From Enoplolaimus lenunculus (lineage: Eukaryota): 64,000 nt of DNA. This document shows, in pieces, positions 13,598 to 26,389 of this stretch (position 1 is the first letter of the stretch; every line of letters starts with the position of its first letter). The DNA is taken from contig JASANG010003752.1 of assembly GCA_030248215.1 (NCBI GenBank), forward strand, positions 434,001 to 498,000, in the 5' to 3' direction. A program made the translations under genes and the position numbers. The notes under the pieces were generated by a model. That model was not told the origin of the DNA. It made no database searches and saw nothing but the letters and a program-made list of their open reading frames with translations.

Positions 13598-15414
13598 CGC
13601 GTCCGACCCAAATAACTAGAACTGGATTGAGAAATAAATAACAGACCGGAACCGAATAGCGAAGGAAGGTGCAAGTATTCTCTAGAGAGTCGAGATAAGT
13701 ATCAATTACGCCACCGTTCTTGTTCGGGTGACTACAGTAATAGCAAGTTTGTCAGTGGTCAGCCAGTTAAAAAGTTTCTGCTTCTCATCCGTAAAGTATC
13801 CCACCCAGCATTGAGTCTCGGATTTGACAAAAAATAAAATACGCACCAAACAACAAAATTCCGCAACAGAAACTGTTCCCGAAGCCAGCTCTAAAAGGGG
13901 CATACAAGAATTTCATATGACTTACAAGCGACGTTGAAGAGAGAGGGCCAAGAATTGTCAAGCGGTGCTGAAACCCCAGCTTTCTCTGGCTACGACGGTG
14001 TATCGATGTTGGGCTGACTTTGTTGTATATCTAATCCGTAAACAAAATTCTTACCAATGTCTAGTCTATGCTTAATTGGTAATTATATGCATTATTAAAA
14101 GCAAACGTCAAAAGCTTTTTACTGTTTAAATCAGACATCAATCAAAGATACTATAACGCTTGAAACATTTGCGAAATATAAATCTCGCGAAAAACAATAC
14201 TCTTAGGATATTTTTGAACTAACCTTATATTCCCAAACGTACTCATAATCAAGCAGTTTTGACATGGTGTATTAATGTTAAGCCAATTATATTAGCATAA
14301 AATAGAAATAACAAGCTTGTATTTAAGTTCAAATCACATCCATTTACTTAACAGGCTCCAGTTCTGACATATAGGCTTGGAGCCAAATTTAGGCTTAAAT
14401 TTTAAGTATACAAGATGCACTGTCGGATCCAGAAGAGGACCTAGGGGCCGTATGCCACCGTAAGCTTTTTTGTAATGAAATAGTAAGGTCCCCGGGTCCC
14501 CGTACCTTATAATTTTCCCCTTCCAAAATATTTTTTTTGCAAAAAAATACAATTTTTGCCTTCAGAAATTTTTTGTGATAAAACCTGACAATTTTTCCCG
14601 TTAAAAATTTTTTCGGTGATAAAATGATAAGGTCCCTTTTACCTTACAAGTTTTCCACAAAGAAAATTTTTTGGTGATAAAATGATACGGTTTCAGATTT
14701 CAGAAAAACGTGTTGCATTTTAGAGGTCAAAAAAATTTGTACTCGTTAAAATCGATCCAATAAATTCTTTTCTGTTTTAAAATGCTTAAAATAAAATTTC
14801 CGCATTCCTGCGAATCAGCATGTGTCTTCTTGTGTAATTAGCGTTTTTGATACAAACAAATGCACTGCATAGATCCCACAACTTGGATCAAACCAAGATT
14901 TTGTATTGCGGTTTAGTTCTAAAATTTTTCATAAATCTGTAACGCTCACAATCTGTAATATGAGCGTCGTCCAGCTAATTTTTGTGCATATATAAATTCA
15001 TTATAAACAAAGGATTAAACCTGTTAGGTCAAAAACCTATGTTAACAATGATGTTGTGGCAAATATTAAAGCAACGTTGACTTGCATTTATTGGTTAAAT
15101 CTAAACGAATTAAAGCACGCTACCTGGAACCAGAAACTAATCTACAAACTGGCTAAACAGATGCAAAGTGCAGCAAGAACAATGCTTTATTGACGGGGGT
15201 TAAAGTGCAATAAGCCAAACCTTTCTGGCTGCAAAATCAGCACCAAAAGCGCAATTAAAATAATGTTTTGCAATAACAAAGGACTACTGTAATGTGACAA
15301 ATTCATTGTTTACCTGTGTTCGTTGCACCTTACTTAAGCCCATACTGTTAATGACATCGACTATTAAGAGGAGGCGACACTGATAACTGTTATTTATTTT
15401 TAATTTACCCCATA

Positions 15415-15794
15415 CAGGGTGCAACTGGATATCCGTTTCCGTTTCGGTTTCCGGTAAAAATCGGAATCCGCTTCCGTTTCCGTTATAGAAATACTAGAAA
15501 TTCGTTTATTTTTACGTTCTAAATTAGTTATAAATTACGCAAATTTCTCGCAATTTTCCATTACAGATGTGCTACAATTGTCCGAACGGAAACAAAAAAT
15601 ACGATATTAATCCGTAATCTTAAAAATTTCGATGCATCTGTCATTTATTCTTCAAAGTTTTAGAAAACCCGGTGAACGTTCAGAAAAATTAAACCTATTT
15701 GAAATTAATATACTTCAATATCCGTTTTCCGTTTCCGTTCCGTTATTTCGATCACTATCCGTTCCCGTTATTTTTACTATCCGTTTACACCCTG
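15415..15794. mobile_element. hAT-like MITE with CCGTTT subterminal repeats
   Basis: TIRs cagggtgcaactggata and tatccgtttacaccctg; degenerate TSD accccata/actccatg. Same family as 19120-19259. Confidence 0.75.
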
Positions 15795-16381
15795 ACTCCA
15801 TGCTAGTTACACATAAACGCTTTTTATATTGTTTCGTTCGAGCAGAATTGACTTGCTTGGTTTAGAAGAAGTGCAGCCGGGATTTCGTTAATTCGCAGTC
15901 AAATTCATGAAAAACTAACACAAATGCACTGACAAGAGAGCCCATCCTTCTGGCTCAGGGAAAGGTTTGGATACCCTAATCGCGGCCCAGGTATCAGCAT
16001 GCCGCTATAGTGCTCCACGCAGCTCGTAAATCAGAGGAAGGCACCAACAGGGTTTAGTATATCGACAAAAAATGTGATCCTCCTAGAAAAACTATTAGCC
16101 TCGTTTGTGAGCCATTTAAATCCGGCATTCACGATTAAGCCTATTAGTCTAAGTTTACACAGAAGCATATTCCTAAGTCTAAGCTTAAAACCAAAGCCTT
16201 ACAGTCTCCAGGTCCCCCCAGCCTCTGTCCCGCTATGCGCAGACCGTATAATTAACATAGGCTAAAAATGTAGTCTACAGCTAAGGTTGCGCTGTAGAAG
16301 TTTCATTGGAAAACATGACACCACTGAAAAAAACATGAATTAATATCTGGATACCTCAGTCTGTACTAAAGATGTACGTAC

Positions 16382-17746
16382 CTGATATCCGAATCGGGCC
16401 GCATGAGAACGACAATTCCCTGTCGATGTCAAACCATTGTTTGAAACCAAACAATTCTGAGCCGTTGAAATACTTTCGTTCGACCGGTTAAAGCTTTGGA
16501 AGACATTCGATTTTTGAAGTTGTAATTTCTTACTGCCACTGTTGCATTTGTCTACTTTTGAACTAATATACTTGTTGAAACTACGCTTTCGCCTTAACGA
16601 GTTCCATTTGTTTTTCGAAGCCGCCTGATTGGTTGAAATAAATTGTACTCCTGTAAATTCCGATTGACGTGTGTTTAGGACACTACTTCGTGGTCTGGTT
16701 ACGCAATTGAATCTTGTGTTTTCAACAGGCAATTGATTAGAATCTAATTTGTCTAACGTATTAGTTAACTGGCAACATAAAGATGTAGTTTTCGCGGTTG
16801 AAGTGTTCGAAATGTTCGCTGGACTGTGTCCAGCCGGTCGATCTAACCAATCACTGCAGTATAAAGTAGTTGTCGAATCGTACACTGGCAAATTACAATC
16901 GGCTGGAAACGTAGTTTCTTTTGAAGTACCGCCTAAGCTTCCCAACGATCCCATGTGATAGCTTTTTGCGTCACTATTTAAACGATATTCGGTCATTTGT
17001 TTGATTCTTCGAGGATGCGCACAAAATTCAGTCACCACTCGTTTGCCAGCGATAATAGGGTTGCCAATTTTTGACGGTATCCGTGATGATGTGTTCGTAT
17101 GATCAGATGGATACAATTGCGGAGCGGAACACACAGACGCCGGTGACGGTTGTGGATCAGAGTACAAGTCAATATAATATGCTTGAATGAGTGAAATTGG
17201 ATTTGATGAGGATACAGTAGTAATATGAGGTAACGAAGCATTTGAAACATTTTTATTTACATTTTCAACAGAACGTTGATTTTGTGTATTTGCGATAGTC
17301 AAATCAGATAAATCGCATACGCCAGCGTCCCAAATTTTGCCATAATCTTCAGATCCACATGGCAAAAGACTACGGAAACGGCCAACTTGATCGGTTCTAG
17401 GTTCGTTACAAGAGCTTGAGGGTATATTATGGTTTGGGACCTTCGATCGAGACGCGTTCTGATATGCTTTATCCCATACTGTGGGATTTTTGATTTTACG
17501 TTGCGAATTTTTTAACTGCGCCATATGACAACAGTTTTCAACAGAACGACTCAACGATTGAAATGATGAACCAGGAAGACCGGTTTGAGAAGTAGACGGT
17601 TTTTGCGGAACCGTTTGCTGTAGAACTTTGACGAGCGACGTTGTCATCGGGATAAACGCGGCTGGATTCTTCGATTGTTGAGCAGAACCAGCATGAGCAG
17701 CGTGAATAACCGATGCTTCCAGTTTATCATTTGCGGTCATTAAACA
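16382..17746 (-). CDS. Large Ser/Thr/Asn-rich exon (most of the 471-aa ORF) of an unrecognised gene
   Basis: A ~1.4-kb stop-free frame in AT-rich DNA, with acceptor-like AAACAG at 17747-17752, an in-frame ATG at 17740 and a strong donor CAG|GTACGT at 16381. It could be an upstream exon of the 4594-9726 gene. Confidence 0.7.
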
Positions 17747-18480
17747 CTGTTTCAATAAAATGGGTGTTTTATTTTATAGAGAAGTATTAAAATCTGTAGC
17801 GCATTGTTGAACAATGAGTAATTATTGGCACAATTATGAATAATTTCCTGAAACTTTAATTGTATTAAATATATGTCGTAGCCCAAGCCGTAATTCAAAC
17901 CAATTCGTACAAAACGAATTTTGTAGGAGTTGATAACCAAAATTTTCACTTCTGATGTTGAGTATTATGAGTTTTAAAACGACCGAAATATAAGAAAACA
18001 AGCATAACTCAACATAATTGAAACATTGAAGTGTGTCAATGCACCTCAAAATGACTACATCAGCAAAAAATGTAATCTAGAATCTAAACCTACTCTTTAA
18101 TAGACTCACCAGAAACCTGGACGCCCCTAAAAGTAACATGGGCCACGATAATGATATACGTGTTATGGATCTTAATTGTTGAAAATCAATGTTTAGCCTT
18201 ACTGCCGTTGAACGACACTGTAGTTCACCAAACCTGGCCATTATTGGGGGCATGTGAACTGTTCCGCAGCTTTTAATTTCTACGTTTGCGGCACTTCTCG
18301 AGGCTGTATCAAAAATTTTAACTGTTATTTTACTCTAATCAGTCTGAGTAGGATACGTCGCACCAATCGTCAGCTGCATTGCCAAAAAAATTTGGCGTCG
18401 AACAGGTCTTCAACTGGGCATGAACCGGCGTTTAGGCGCACGACTAACGGAAAATTTGCTCAAAACGTGCACCGTAAAAT

Positions 18481-18672
18481 CAGGGCCATGGCAACCACCC
18501 CCATACCCCCATGTGGGGCCCCCTGCCCCTAAAAACCCCCCACCCTAACCGGTTGAAACAAAAACCACTTCAGTTTTAAAATGCGACTGGCTTCTCGCTC
18601 GCGAGTTTTAGGGCCCCCCCACCCAAGAATTTGAGGGGAGCCCCCACTCCTGCCTGCTCCTGCACTGCGTCA
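18481..18672. mobile_element. Dispersed repeat (MITE end, CAGGGCCATG terminus)
   Basis: The segment ccctaaccggttgaaacaaaaac...gttttaaaatgcgactggcttctcgctcgcgag recurs inverted at ~10300-10470 and partially at ~40932-41040. Confidence 0.6.
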
Positions 18673-19119
18673 AATGCTCTTGCGTTATTTTAAGTGATAA
18701 AAGAATAATCACACAACTATTAAAACGATTTTGTACAAAATTAACTTCTAGGTCATACTTTGTTTAATACGCTATACAAACTTGATAAAAACCCTACGAA
18801 TATTGTTGGTAAAATACATTGAAAAATAATTTATTTCTTAAAATTCTGAACAAAATTATTGCGTTTTGCTGCGGGCTCACCGCTATTGTGGTATTTTTTT
18901 GATCGTCAACATATCATGCAATTATCGCGTTATCATTCAAAATATTCATCGGTGTAAGAAATTTAATAAAGAGATAATTGAGCAAAAAGTCACTCAATTT
19001 GTACTCATGAACGAGTCGAAGTTGAAAAGACCAGTCGGAATTAATTTGTTGCTAAGCAATTTTTACTCCTTTTTTATTAAACTTTTAACGTTTAACGTGC
19101 TCCAGTGGATACTGTCAAC

Positions 19120-19259
19120 CAGGGTTTGAAACCGTATATCCGTTTTCGATATGGAAATGCCGGAAATTCCGTTTACGCTATACTTCAATATCTGTTTTCC
19201 GTTTCCGTTATTTCGATCACTATTCGTTCCGGTTATTTTTACTATCCGTTTATGCCCTG
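19120..19259. mobile_element. hAT-like MITE with perfect 8-bp TSD
   Basis: CAGGG...CCCTG termini; TSD CTGTCAAC at 19112-19119 and 19260-19267. Confidence 0.9.
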
Positions 19260-19437
19260 CTGTCAACTGACGGTTATGCTACATATCAAATGAACGTGTA
19301 AAGAGAACCCAAATCTTAAAGGAATTCGTAAATGAGAGTTGAGTAAAACTGAATAACAGCTTGTAAATAAACTGTCGTATCCATAACTTTGTGCAATACC
19401 GATTTACTTCAACATTACTGTTTTATATTTATTTCTG

Positions 19438-19670
19438 AGTGTCTTGGATACTGAAGCCCAAAAAGGTTTCAGTGTCCTGGATGCTGAAGCCAAAAAATTT
19501 CAGTGTCTGTGGCTTCAGTGTGCATCACACTGAAGCCAAAATGTTTCAGTGTCCCGGACACGGAACCTTTTTTAACTTCAGTATCCCGGACACTGAAGCC
19601 CTATTGAAACGTTTTGACTTCAATGTGCTGGACACTGATGCTTTTTTGGCTTCAGTGCCCATCACACTAC
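19438..19670. repeat. Palindromic short-unit repeat (cagtgtcc.ggacactgaagcc), probable MITE remnant
   Basis: Multiple direct and inverted copies of ctgaagcc/ggcttcag and gtgtcc-ggacac; ends in ggcttcagtgcccatcacactac. Confidence 0.6.
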
Positions 19671-20207
19671 CCTCTTTAAAAGCTACCTGGTGTACGCTTG
19701 ATATTGAAGAAGTTGCATTACTTAATTACAATTTTCTTCGTTTGAGTAGAACTGCTGTGTCCACCGGACTCTACTAGATTAGGATTACAAGGATGTTTGA
19801 AACCTTATTAATCGACGTTTTGACTTTGAATGCTAGTGCAATGCACATAAAATATGGACAATGTTTAATAACTCGCAAGGTACAATCAGTTGTTCGACTA
19901 CAAGACAAAACTTAAACAGATTAGCAATGCTACTAAAATGTGTTTGCTTAACAGTATTAATATACATTTTAGAATCTAAATGGCTATCATAACGTGCATA
20001 CCAGACATTTCTAAAGTTGTGTATCTGTTTGTAAAGCCATAATGAATCACATAGTATATACGATAACTTTAACAAAATCCCCAAAAGAATTTGTTTATTG
20101 GTTAAACACAACTTTTGTTGGCAAGCCATGTTGAATTTTGGGGTCTTTTTGGTTACCCCTCTCACAAGCGGTTGTTTGCCTAAAAGTGGTCGGATTTCAA
20201 ACGTAAC

Positions 20208-20555
20208 TACTCTCTAAAAGGTTAAACTAACTTGATTTAAGCTTAAGTTAATCCACCAGTATTAAACTTACTTTCTAGATTAACTACACTAACTAGTAGG
20301 TTTACGCTTAAACTCATTTTAAATCATACTTATTTTCAGTTTAAGCTAAACTTAATGAACTCTAAGATACACGGCTGCTTTTGTTACTTAAACTAAAAAT
20401 AAGTTTACTTAAACTCGTGTTAAACTTAAAAACACGTTAGTTCAAGTAAAACTAAAAATTCTAATTTAGTTAGTCCGTCCAGCCATTTAAGTCTTACTTA
20501 AACTGATATTCAAGTTTAGTTAAGCTATAATTTAAGTTTAAGTTTTTGGAGAGTA
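20208..20555. mobile_element. AT-rich MITE with TACTCT...AGAGTA ends
   Basis: Terminal tactctctaaaa and ttttggagagta. A colinear second copy lies at 24554-24875. Confidence 0.7.
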
Positions 20556-20602
20556 TATTCAGGAAACAGGGCCTCCGCGACAATAAAATTCTAACACTGT
20601 TA

Positions 20603-20805
20603 GGCCAATGTAAAGAACAGGGGTGGAACAGTATTGTAAGCATATTCCTGAGCCTAAGCCTAAGCCTAAGCCTAAGTGTAAGAATGAGCATATTCCTAAG
20701 CGTAAGCCTAAGCCTAAGGCAAGCAAAAAAATTTGTGTAAAGCTTTAAGCTTACTCTATTCTAATCCCACAGAAAAACGTTCCGCCGCTGATCTTTACAT
20801 GGGCC
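20603..20805 (+). mobile_element. Full-length TTAGGC-core MITE (reference copy)
   Basis: TIRs GGCCAATGTAAAGAACAGGGGTGGAAC and GTTCCGCCGCTGATCTTTACATGGGCC, with internal (GCCTAA)n tracts, i.e. nematode-type telomeric TTAGGC on the minus strand. Confidence 0.85.
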
Positions 20806-21523
20806 CACTGTTATAATATTTTACATTCTGAGTTCAACGTGAACCTTTGTAAAACATGAATATTTTTAATTTAATTTAACATTCATACAAACATTCTTGA
20901 ATTTTTAGGTCTTTTTGGTTCGCTCTCTCAAGCAGACGTTTGCCCAAAAATGGCCGGATTTTAAATATTTTGGCTTACTTGAGCATTTCGTGACCTCCGC
21001 TAAAACATTCCACGTTCAAATTTGAATATTTGAAAAATGTATCAACATATTTGAAATTCAACCGTTTTTCGGCAAACACCGGCTGTGGTGTGAGGGGTAA
21101 CCCAAAAGACCCGAATAGAATTTTGGTTTTTGCTTCATTTAGCTTCATTAAAACGCGAGCCTAAGTCAAAGCCCAAAAACGTAGTTCCAGGTTAAATGCG
21201 GTTTAGACAGACAAATAGCAAAAACACTTAAATCAGTCATAATTGTGCATTCGCAAATTGTACCCGATTGAATAAGACTGTGTCTACTGTTTTCAACAAA
21301 TATTTCATGCTTGGAAAACAGAGCGCAAGGCTATCGTCGGAAGTTTCAAGCGAACAGGATCCTATACGCAATTTTAGCGTTACATCGTTGTACAACGTTT
21401 TCGTTTTGCAAGTCTAGAAGGGTCGCTCCCATCTTGTTGCACTCCTGCGAATGCATGATCCATGGTATTATAGCAGAACTCCCTAAATGCCACAACTTGG
21501 CTCTATGCTATATCGAATTTAAA

Positions 21524-21698
21524 GCCAATGTTACTTTTAGGGCCGTAACAGTAGAATAAGCTTGTTCCTAAGCCTAAGCATATGCGTTGCAAAAGTTCAC
21601 CAGCCTAAGCCTTAAGCGAAGAAATACAGCCTTAAATCTAAGCCTACTCTTTTACAGACTCATCAGAAACCGGGACGGCCCTAAAAGTAACATGTGCC
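21524..21698 (+). mobile_element. TTAGGC-core MITE, variant TIR set B
   Basis: TIRs GCCAATGTTACTTTTAGGGCCGT and ACGGCCCTAAAAGTAACATGTGCC around the same gcctaa core. Partial copies at ~18075-18145 and ~29510-29550. Confidence 0.75.
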
Positions 21699-22845
21699 GA
21701 ATATAGCATATATAAGCAAAAACATTTTTGAGTTCGTGTTATTTTTAAACACAAAAACATGTTAATATGTATGAAACTTTGGAAATTCAAACTCTAATTT
21801 CCAATTTCAATACAGACAGAAAATTCAAAATTCCTATAAATCGAAATTTCAACAGGCATAAAATATGTTGCTGGCTTTACAGCACGTATCACCTACATAT
21901 AAAACCTATTAGTACATTTTGGTTGTGTTAAAAAAATCTGAACACGTAATAGAATTATAGCAAACACACTACTCTATACGTTATACATCCTATTAACATT
22001 CAGAAACTAACCACCGTTAGGCTTAAAAGTTATGTTTACACCGGTAACCTGTAAAGTTGATAACCGAGGGGGGTCAGGTGGGTCCAGAACCACTTTGACC
22101 GTTAACTAGAAAAGTTTGATCTTCGCTTGCAAGTCATTAGAAATCCTTACAGGATATTTTTAAATTTTTACCTCCCCTAGCAAGGTGAGTTGGGTCAGGG
22201 TTTCCTGCAGCCAGTTGCGGCCGGCGAATTTAAGAGTAGAAAGTCGACTTGTTTGCTTGTAACATTGTCTTATATTCACCGGTTATAACTAAACAAATTT
22301 AAATGCGCATGCTATGTGACTAGAAACAAATACAAGGGCTCGCAGGTATAGCAAAGGGTAGAAACTTAAATGTTATACACTACATTGCTTGGACATCTAC
22401 CATTCCAAATTAAATAGCCGTATTGTCAGCAGTCTGAAGCGTCTATTGCCAATAAGTAATATGTTCCAAAACAAGCGAGCTGTGACTGCAACAAATCTAA
22501 AATTCCTTACAACAGCATACCGAACCCAAAGCCAAGGGGGCAGAAAATGCTCAGCCCCCAGTGAGAATTTAGCCTTCCCCCTAGACAATTTTCAAAGTTT
22601 CTTGTCAGTCATCGAAAACGTTTGCATGCCCCTCCTGAAAAATGTTTAACCCAGTATATCAAGGTGACCTGGCTACGAGCATGTAGCAGAACAGGTTGCG
22701 TACAATACACGTGCCAACTTTCAATACTCACCATTAATTGGTTCATAAGTCACAAGACCTATCACCAGCACTGACGATGGGTGTTCGTTACATTTGAGAA
22801 ATTGACAAAATAGAACAATCAACCGAGTTAAGTGTCCGTAACAGT

Positions 22846-23227
22846 CAGTGGCGGATCCAGGGTCTCAAAATGGGGGGCCAAAATTTCACAGGTAATAAAC
22901 TTATTTTTGACCATACTGTAGTGACCCAAATAAGAGGGGGAGGTCCCCATTTTGAGTCCCAATTAATAGGAGTCCGTATCCCTAATATGAATCCGTAAGC
23001 GGGTAGAGTCCTTATAAACCCTTGTTTAGAGTCCATGAATGGCTATTATCCCTAATTGTAGCGCATAAATGACTCAAGGGCCAAGAAACTTTAAAGCGTG
23101 CTTATACTATTGTGTATAAAACAGAGAAATAAACAGCGTAGAACAGCAATTGACACTATATAATTTTTGTCGAGATGCTGATAGGGGGCCCACGGCCGGG
23201 GTGGGCCCCCCCGTGGATCCGCCACTG
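22846..23227. mobile_element. hAT MITE (CAGTGGCGGATCC TIR) carrying an internal segment of another repeat family
   Basis: Perfect 13-bp TIR and 8-bp TSD GTAACAGT (22838-22845 and 23228-23235). The internal ~22914-23090 segment resembles repeats at ~13095-13280 and ~25550-25690. Confidence 0.9.
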
Positions 23228-23580
23228 GTAACAGTTATGATTTAAACTGTTACCGTGTAACCAGTTCAGAATATCAACATTATTGTCAAAAAAACTTTAT
23301 AATCGCTTAAAAAACAATGTTTAATGAGTGAAAACCACATATTAACAACATTTTTTTGCATTTCGGTAAAAGCACAATAAAAAAGTGCAAAAAAACTTGA
23401 AATGCATTCACACTGACAATACAAAATGCATCAATCACGACAGCATTTAAACGGTGTAAAATACTTTTGAAATCCTTCAATTTGTTCTGATGAATCAGCA
23501 AAATGATAAATATTGTTTCACGGTAAAAATGCGAAATTAATCAAATTACAGTGACAAATTGTTACAAAAATATTGAGCTT

Positions 23581-23754
23581 CAATGGCGGATCCATGGGGG
23601 GGCCACCCCGGCTGTGGCCCCCCAACAGCATCTCGACAAAAATTATATAGCAATTTTATGACAATAATTCGTGGTTTGTGTGCGGGTCAAAAGTAAGTTT
23701 ATTACCTGTGAAATGTTGCCCCCCCCCCATTTTGACATCCTGGATCCGCCACTG
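23581..23754. mobile_element. hAT MITE, shorter inverted copy of 22846-23227
   Basis: TIRs caatggcggatcc and ggatccgccactg; perfect 8-bp TSD TTGAGCTT (23573-23580 and 23755-23762). Confidence 0.9.
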
Positions 23755-24553
23755 TTGAGCTTCCACATGCAAATTCAAATGGGACACACACCGGGCGTGC
23801 CGCCCTTCCCATCATACCAGGGATTAAAACCAAAATTTTGGTATTAGTGCTAGAATTAAGTTTGCCTATTAGCAAGAGCTTCGCTGGCGAATTTTTCTTT
23901 ATTATATATCGCAGAGTTCCACGTTTAATACTGCTCAATCCGGCGCAAGTGAGTTTGCACGCATGATACCTGGCGTGTGCTGGAGTGCTAGAAAATTTCA
24001 AAATTTATTTATTTCTGTAACATTCATTAAACGCTCATTTATTTTCTCTCACTCTAAAAAATAAAATGTGGGGGGAATATCGAAAATTGTAAATTTTACC
24101 ATTTATTTAAAATATTAATAATGTTGTATTGTTTTACACTGTCTTTTTTGCGTTTAAAATGTGATAAAAAGACAAAAGTGCACCTATTTGTGTGCATACT
24201 GTAATTATACGCGATTGCAATTCACACTTGCGCTAATTTACAATCATTATTTGCTAATTTTAGCTTTGTTTTCACACAAAATATCTATTAAAAATAAAAT
24301 AAATATCGCTTTTATGATGCGCACTGAAGTGTCTTAATAATGTTTCAAAATAGAAAAAACGTGTAGCGAAAAATAAAGACACTACAAAGTTCAATAAAAT
24401 TTCTATGATTGCTTGTTTTAAAGTAACTGATGATTAAATTTTGAAATGCTACAAAACAATTTTCAAATTCTCATATAGAACAAATTGCCGCACCATATAT
24501 AGAACCTATCTCAAATATGCTGTAGCCGATACGGTAAAGGTTGAACTAACGAA

Positions 24554-24875
24554 TACTCTTTGAAAGCATAAACTAACTTAATTTAAGCTAGCTAATCCGT
24601 CAGCTTTAAGCTAAACTTTCTAGATTTAAAACTAACAAGTAGGTTTACACTTAATAAACTCATTTAAAATCTTACCTATTTTTAGTTTAAGCTAAACTTA
24701 ATAAATTTTTAGGTATACATAATTTATTGGCTACACACTTGTTAATAAAACCGAAAATAAGTTTAACTTAACCTTCAGTATGGTCCACGTCCAGCGATTT
24801 CACTAGGAGTTACTTCAACTAATTATCAAGTTTAGTTAAGCTATACCTAATTTAGCTTTAAGTTTTTAAAGAGCA
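24554..24875. mobile_element. Second copy of the TACTCT-ended AT-rich MITE
   Basis: Colinear similarity with 20208-20555. Confidence 0.7.
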
Positions 24876-24896
24876 CTGATTTGCTTCCAAAATTTT

Positions 24897-25092
24897 GGCC
24901 CATGTAAAAATCAGGGGCGGAACATTTTTCTGTGGGACTGCAATAGAGTAAGCTGAAGCTTTAGACTAAATTTTTTGCTCGCCTTAGGCTTAGGTTTGGA
25001 AATATGCTCTTTCTTACGCTTAGGCTTAGGCCTAGGCTTACGCTTAGAAATATAATTATAATACTGTTCAGCCCCTGTTCTTTACATAGGCC
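24897..25092 (-). mobile_element. Full-length TTAGGC-core MITE (reverse orientation)
   Basis: ggcccatgtaaaaatcaggggcggaac ... gttcagcccctgttctttacataggcc with ttaggc tracts. Confidence 0.85.
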
Positions 25093-26389
25093 TAATTTTA
25101 CAATATCGTTTAGTTAGCAAACGTATATAATACAAATACAGTATATACAGCACAGAACCAAGCAATAATAACCGAATTTATGCTTTTGATACTGGTATAT
25201 CGTAGCAAATCTTAATTGGATGTAAATGTTGAACCGGATCAGCGAAAAACCAAATACCCGGCTTCGACAAAAATCGACACTCAGTTATGGAATTTTAACA
25301 TTGCTGTAATTTTGTCGCTTGAAAGTATAATGTTATTTTTTAAGTAATATGACCAAATCATATTTGAACGTTACTTTTGTTCGAAACGATATTAAGTATA
25401 CGAAGAAGCACAGTTAATATAAAAACCCTTGTAGGCCCCAAATTATTACAAATTACACCAACTGATACACAACGGTAATTAAGTTTTAATTTTTGCTCAA
25501 ATATGTACTTACTTACTTACTGATGTAATACGAAAAAGAAGAGTTGGGTAATAAAAGGGTATATCCAATTTCAGTCGCAATCAATAGGAGTCCGTATACC
25601 GAATTTGAGTCTGTCAGTGGACAGAGTCCATATGAAGACTTAATTACAGTCCATAAATGAGACCAAACTATAAGATTGGCCTAGACTGCTCAAATCTGTA
25701 ACAGGCACATACACAACCCGCATAAACGTTGTTAAATTCAGAAAAAAACATTAACGGGTATGGCAATCAACATTCTACGGAGCCTGTTAGTTCTGCCCAA
25801 AAGAAAGAATATAAAAAAGAAAGGTATTGAGTTTAACTTGGGTGAATCAAAATAATAAAGAGTCTGTAACTCATTAAAAATGGTACCCTCTGAAGATGCA
25901 AAACAAGTATCAGTTTTTCTTCTTATTCAGTCACTACAGTAAGAACCCGGTTCGGGTTCGGGCATTATTTTTTTATATCCGGTTCTAAACTGATGGCTGA
26001 GTGTTATTTTTGCAAGATGAAAATAGCCCGTCAGTCTAAAAAGCGATATTATTTTATTGTAGGAAGCGTTTAAAGCAGTTGACAAAACTTTGTCAACAAA
26101 ACGCCCTTGAATGTGCTTAAAATGCAAAACTTTTACTATAAAAAAGTAGGATTAAGAAATTCTACATAAAAATTTCATCTCACAGACTAGATTTTTCAAG
26201 CATTGCACTGTATGAATCTGTAAGTTATTGCAAATCCAACCGTAATGCAAGATAATATTTTAGCAATCATGAAACGAATATTTCTATAGAAATGACTCAA
26301 AATAAAAAATAATTCGATTTAAAAACTTGATAAACGTGACGCATTTGGTGCCAAATAATGAGTGTAGTTTAAATTGTTCTCCATCACGG

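Noticed and set aside
20640..20720. (GCCTAA)n as a true telomere or telomere-addition site
   Set aside because: The tracts are only 2-4 units long, degenerate and embedded inside a TIR-bounded element.
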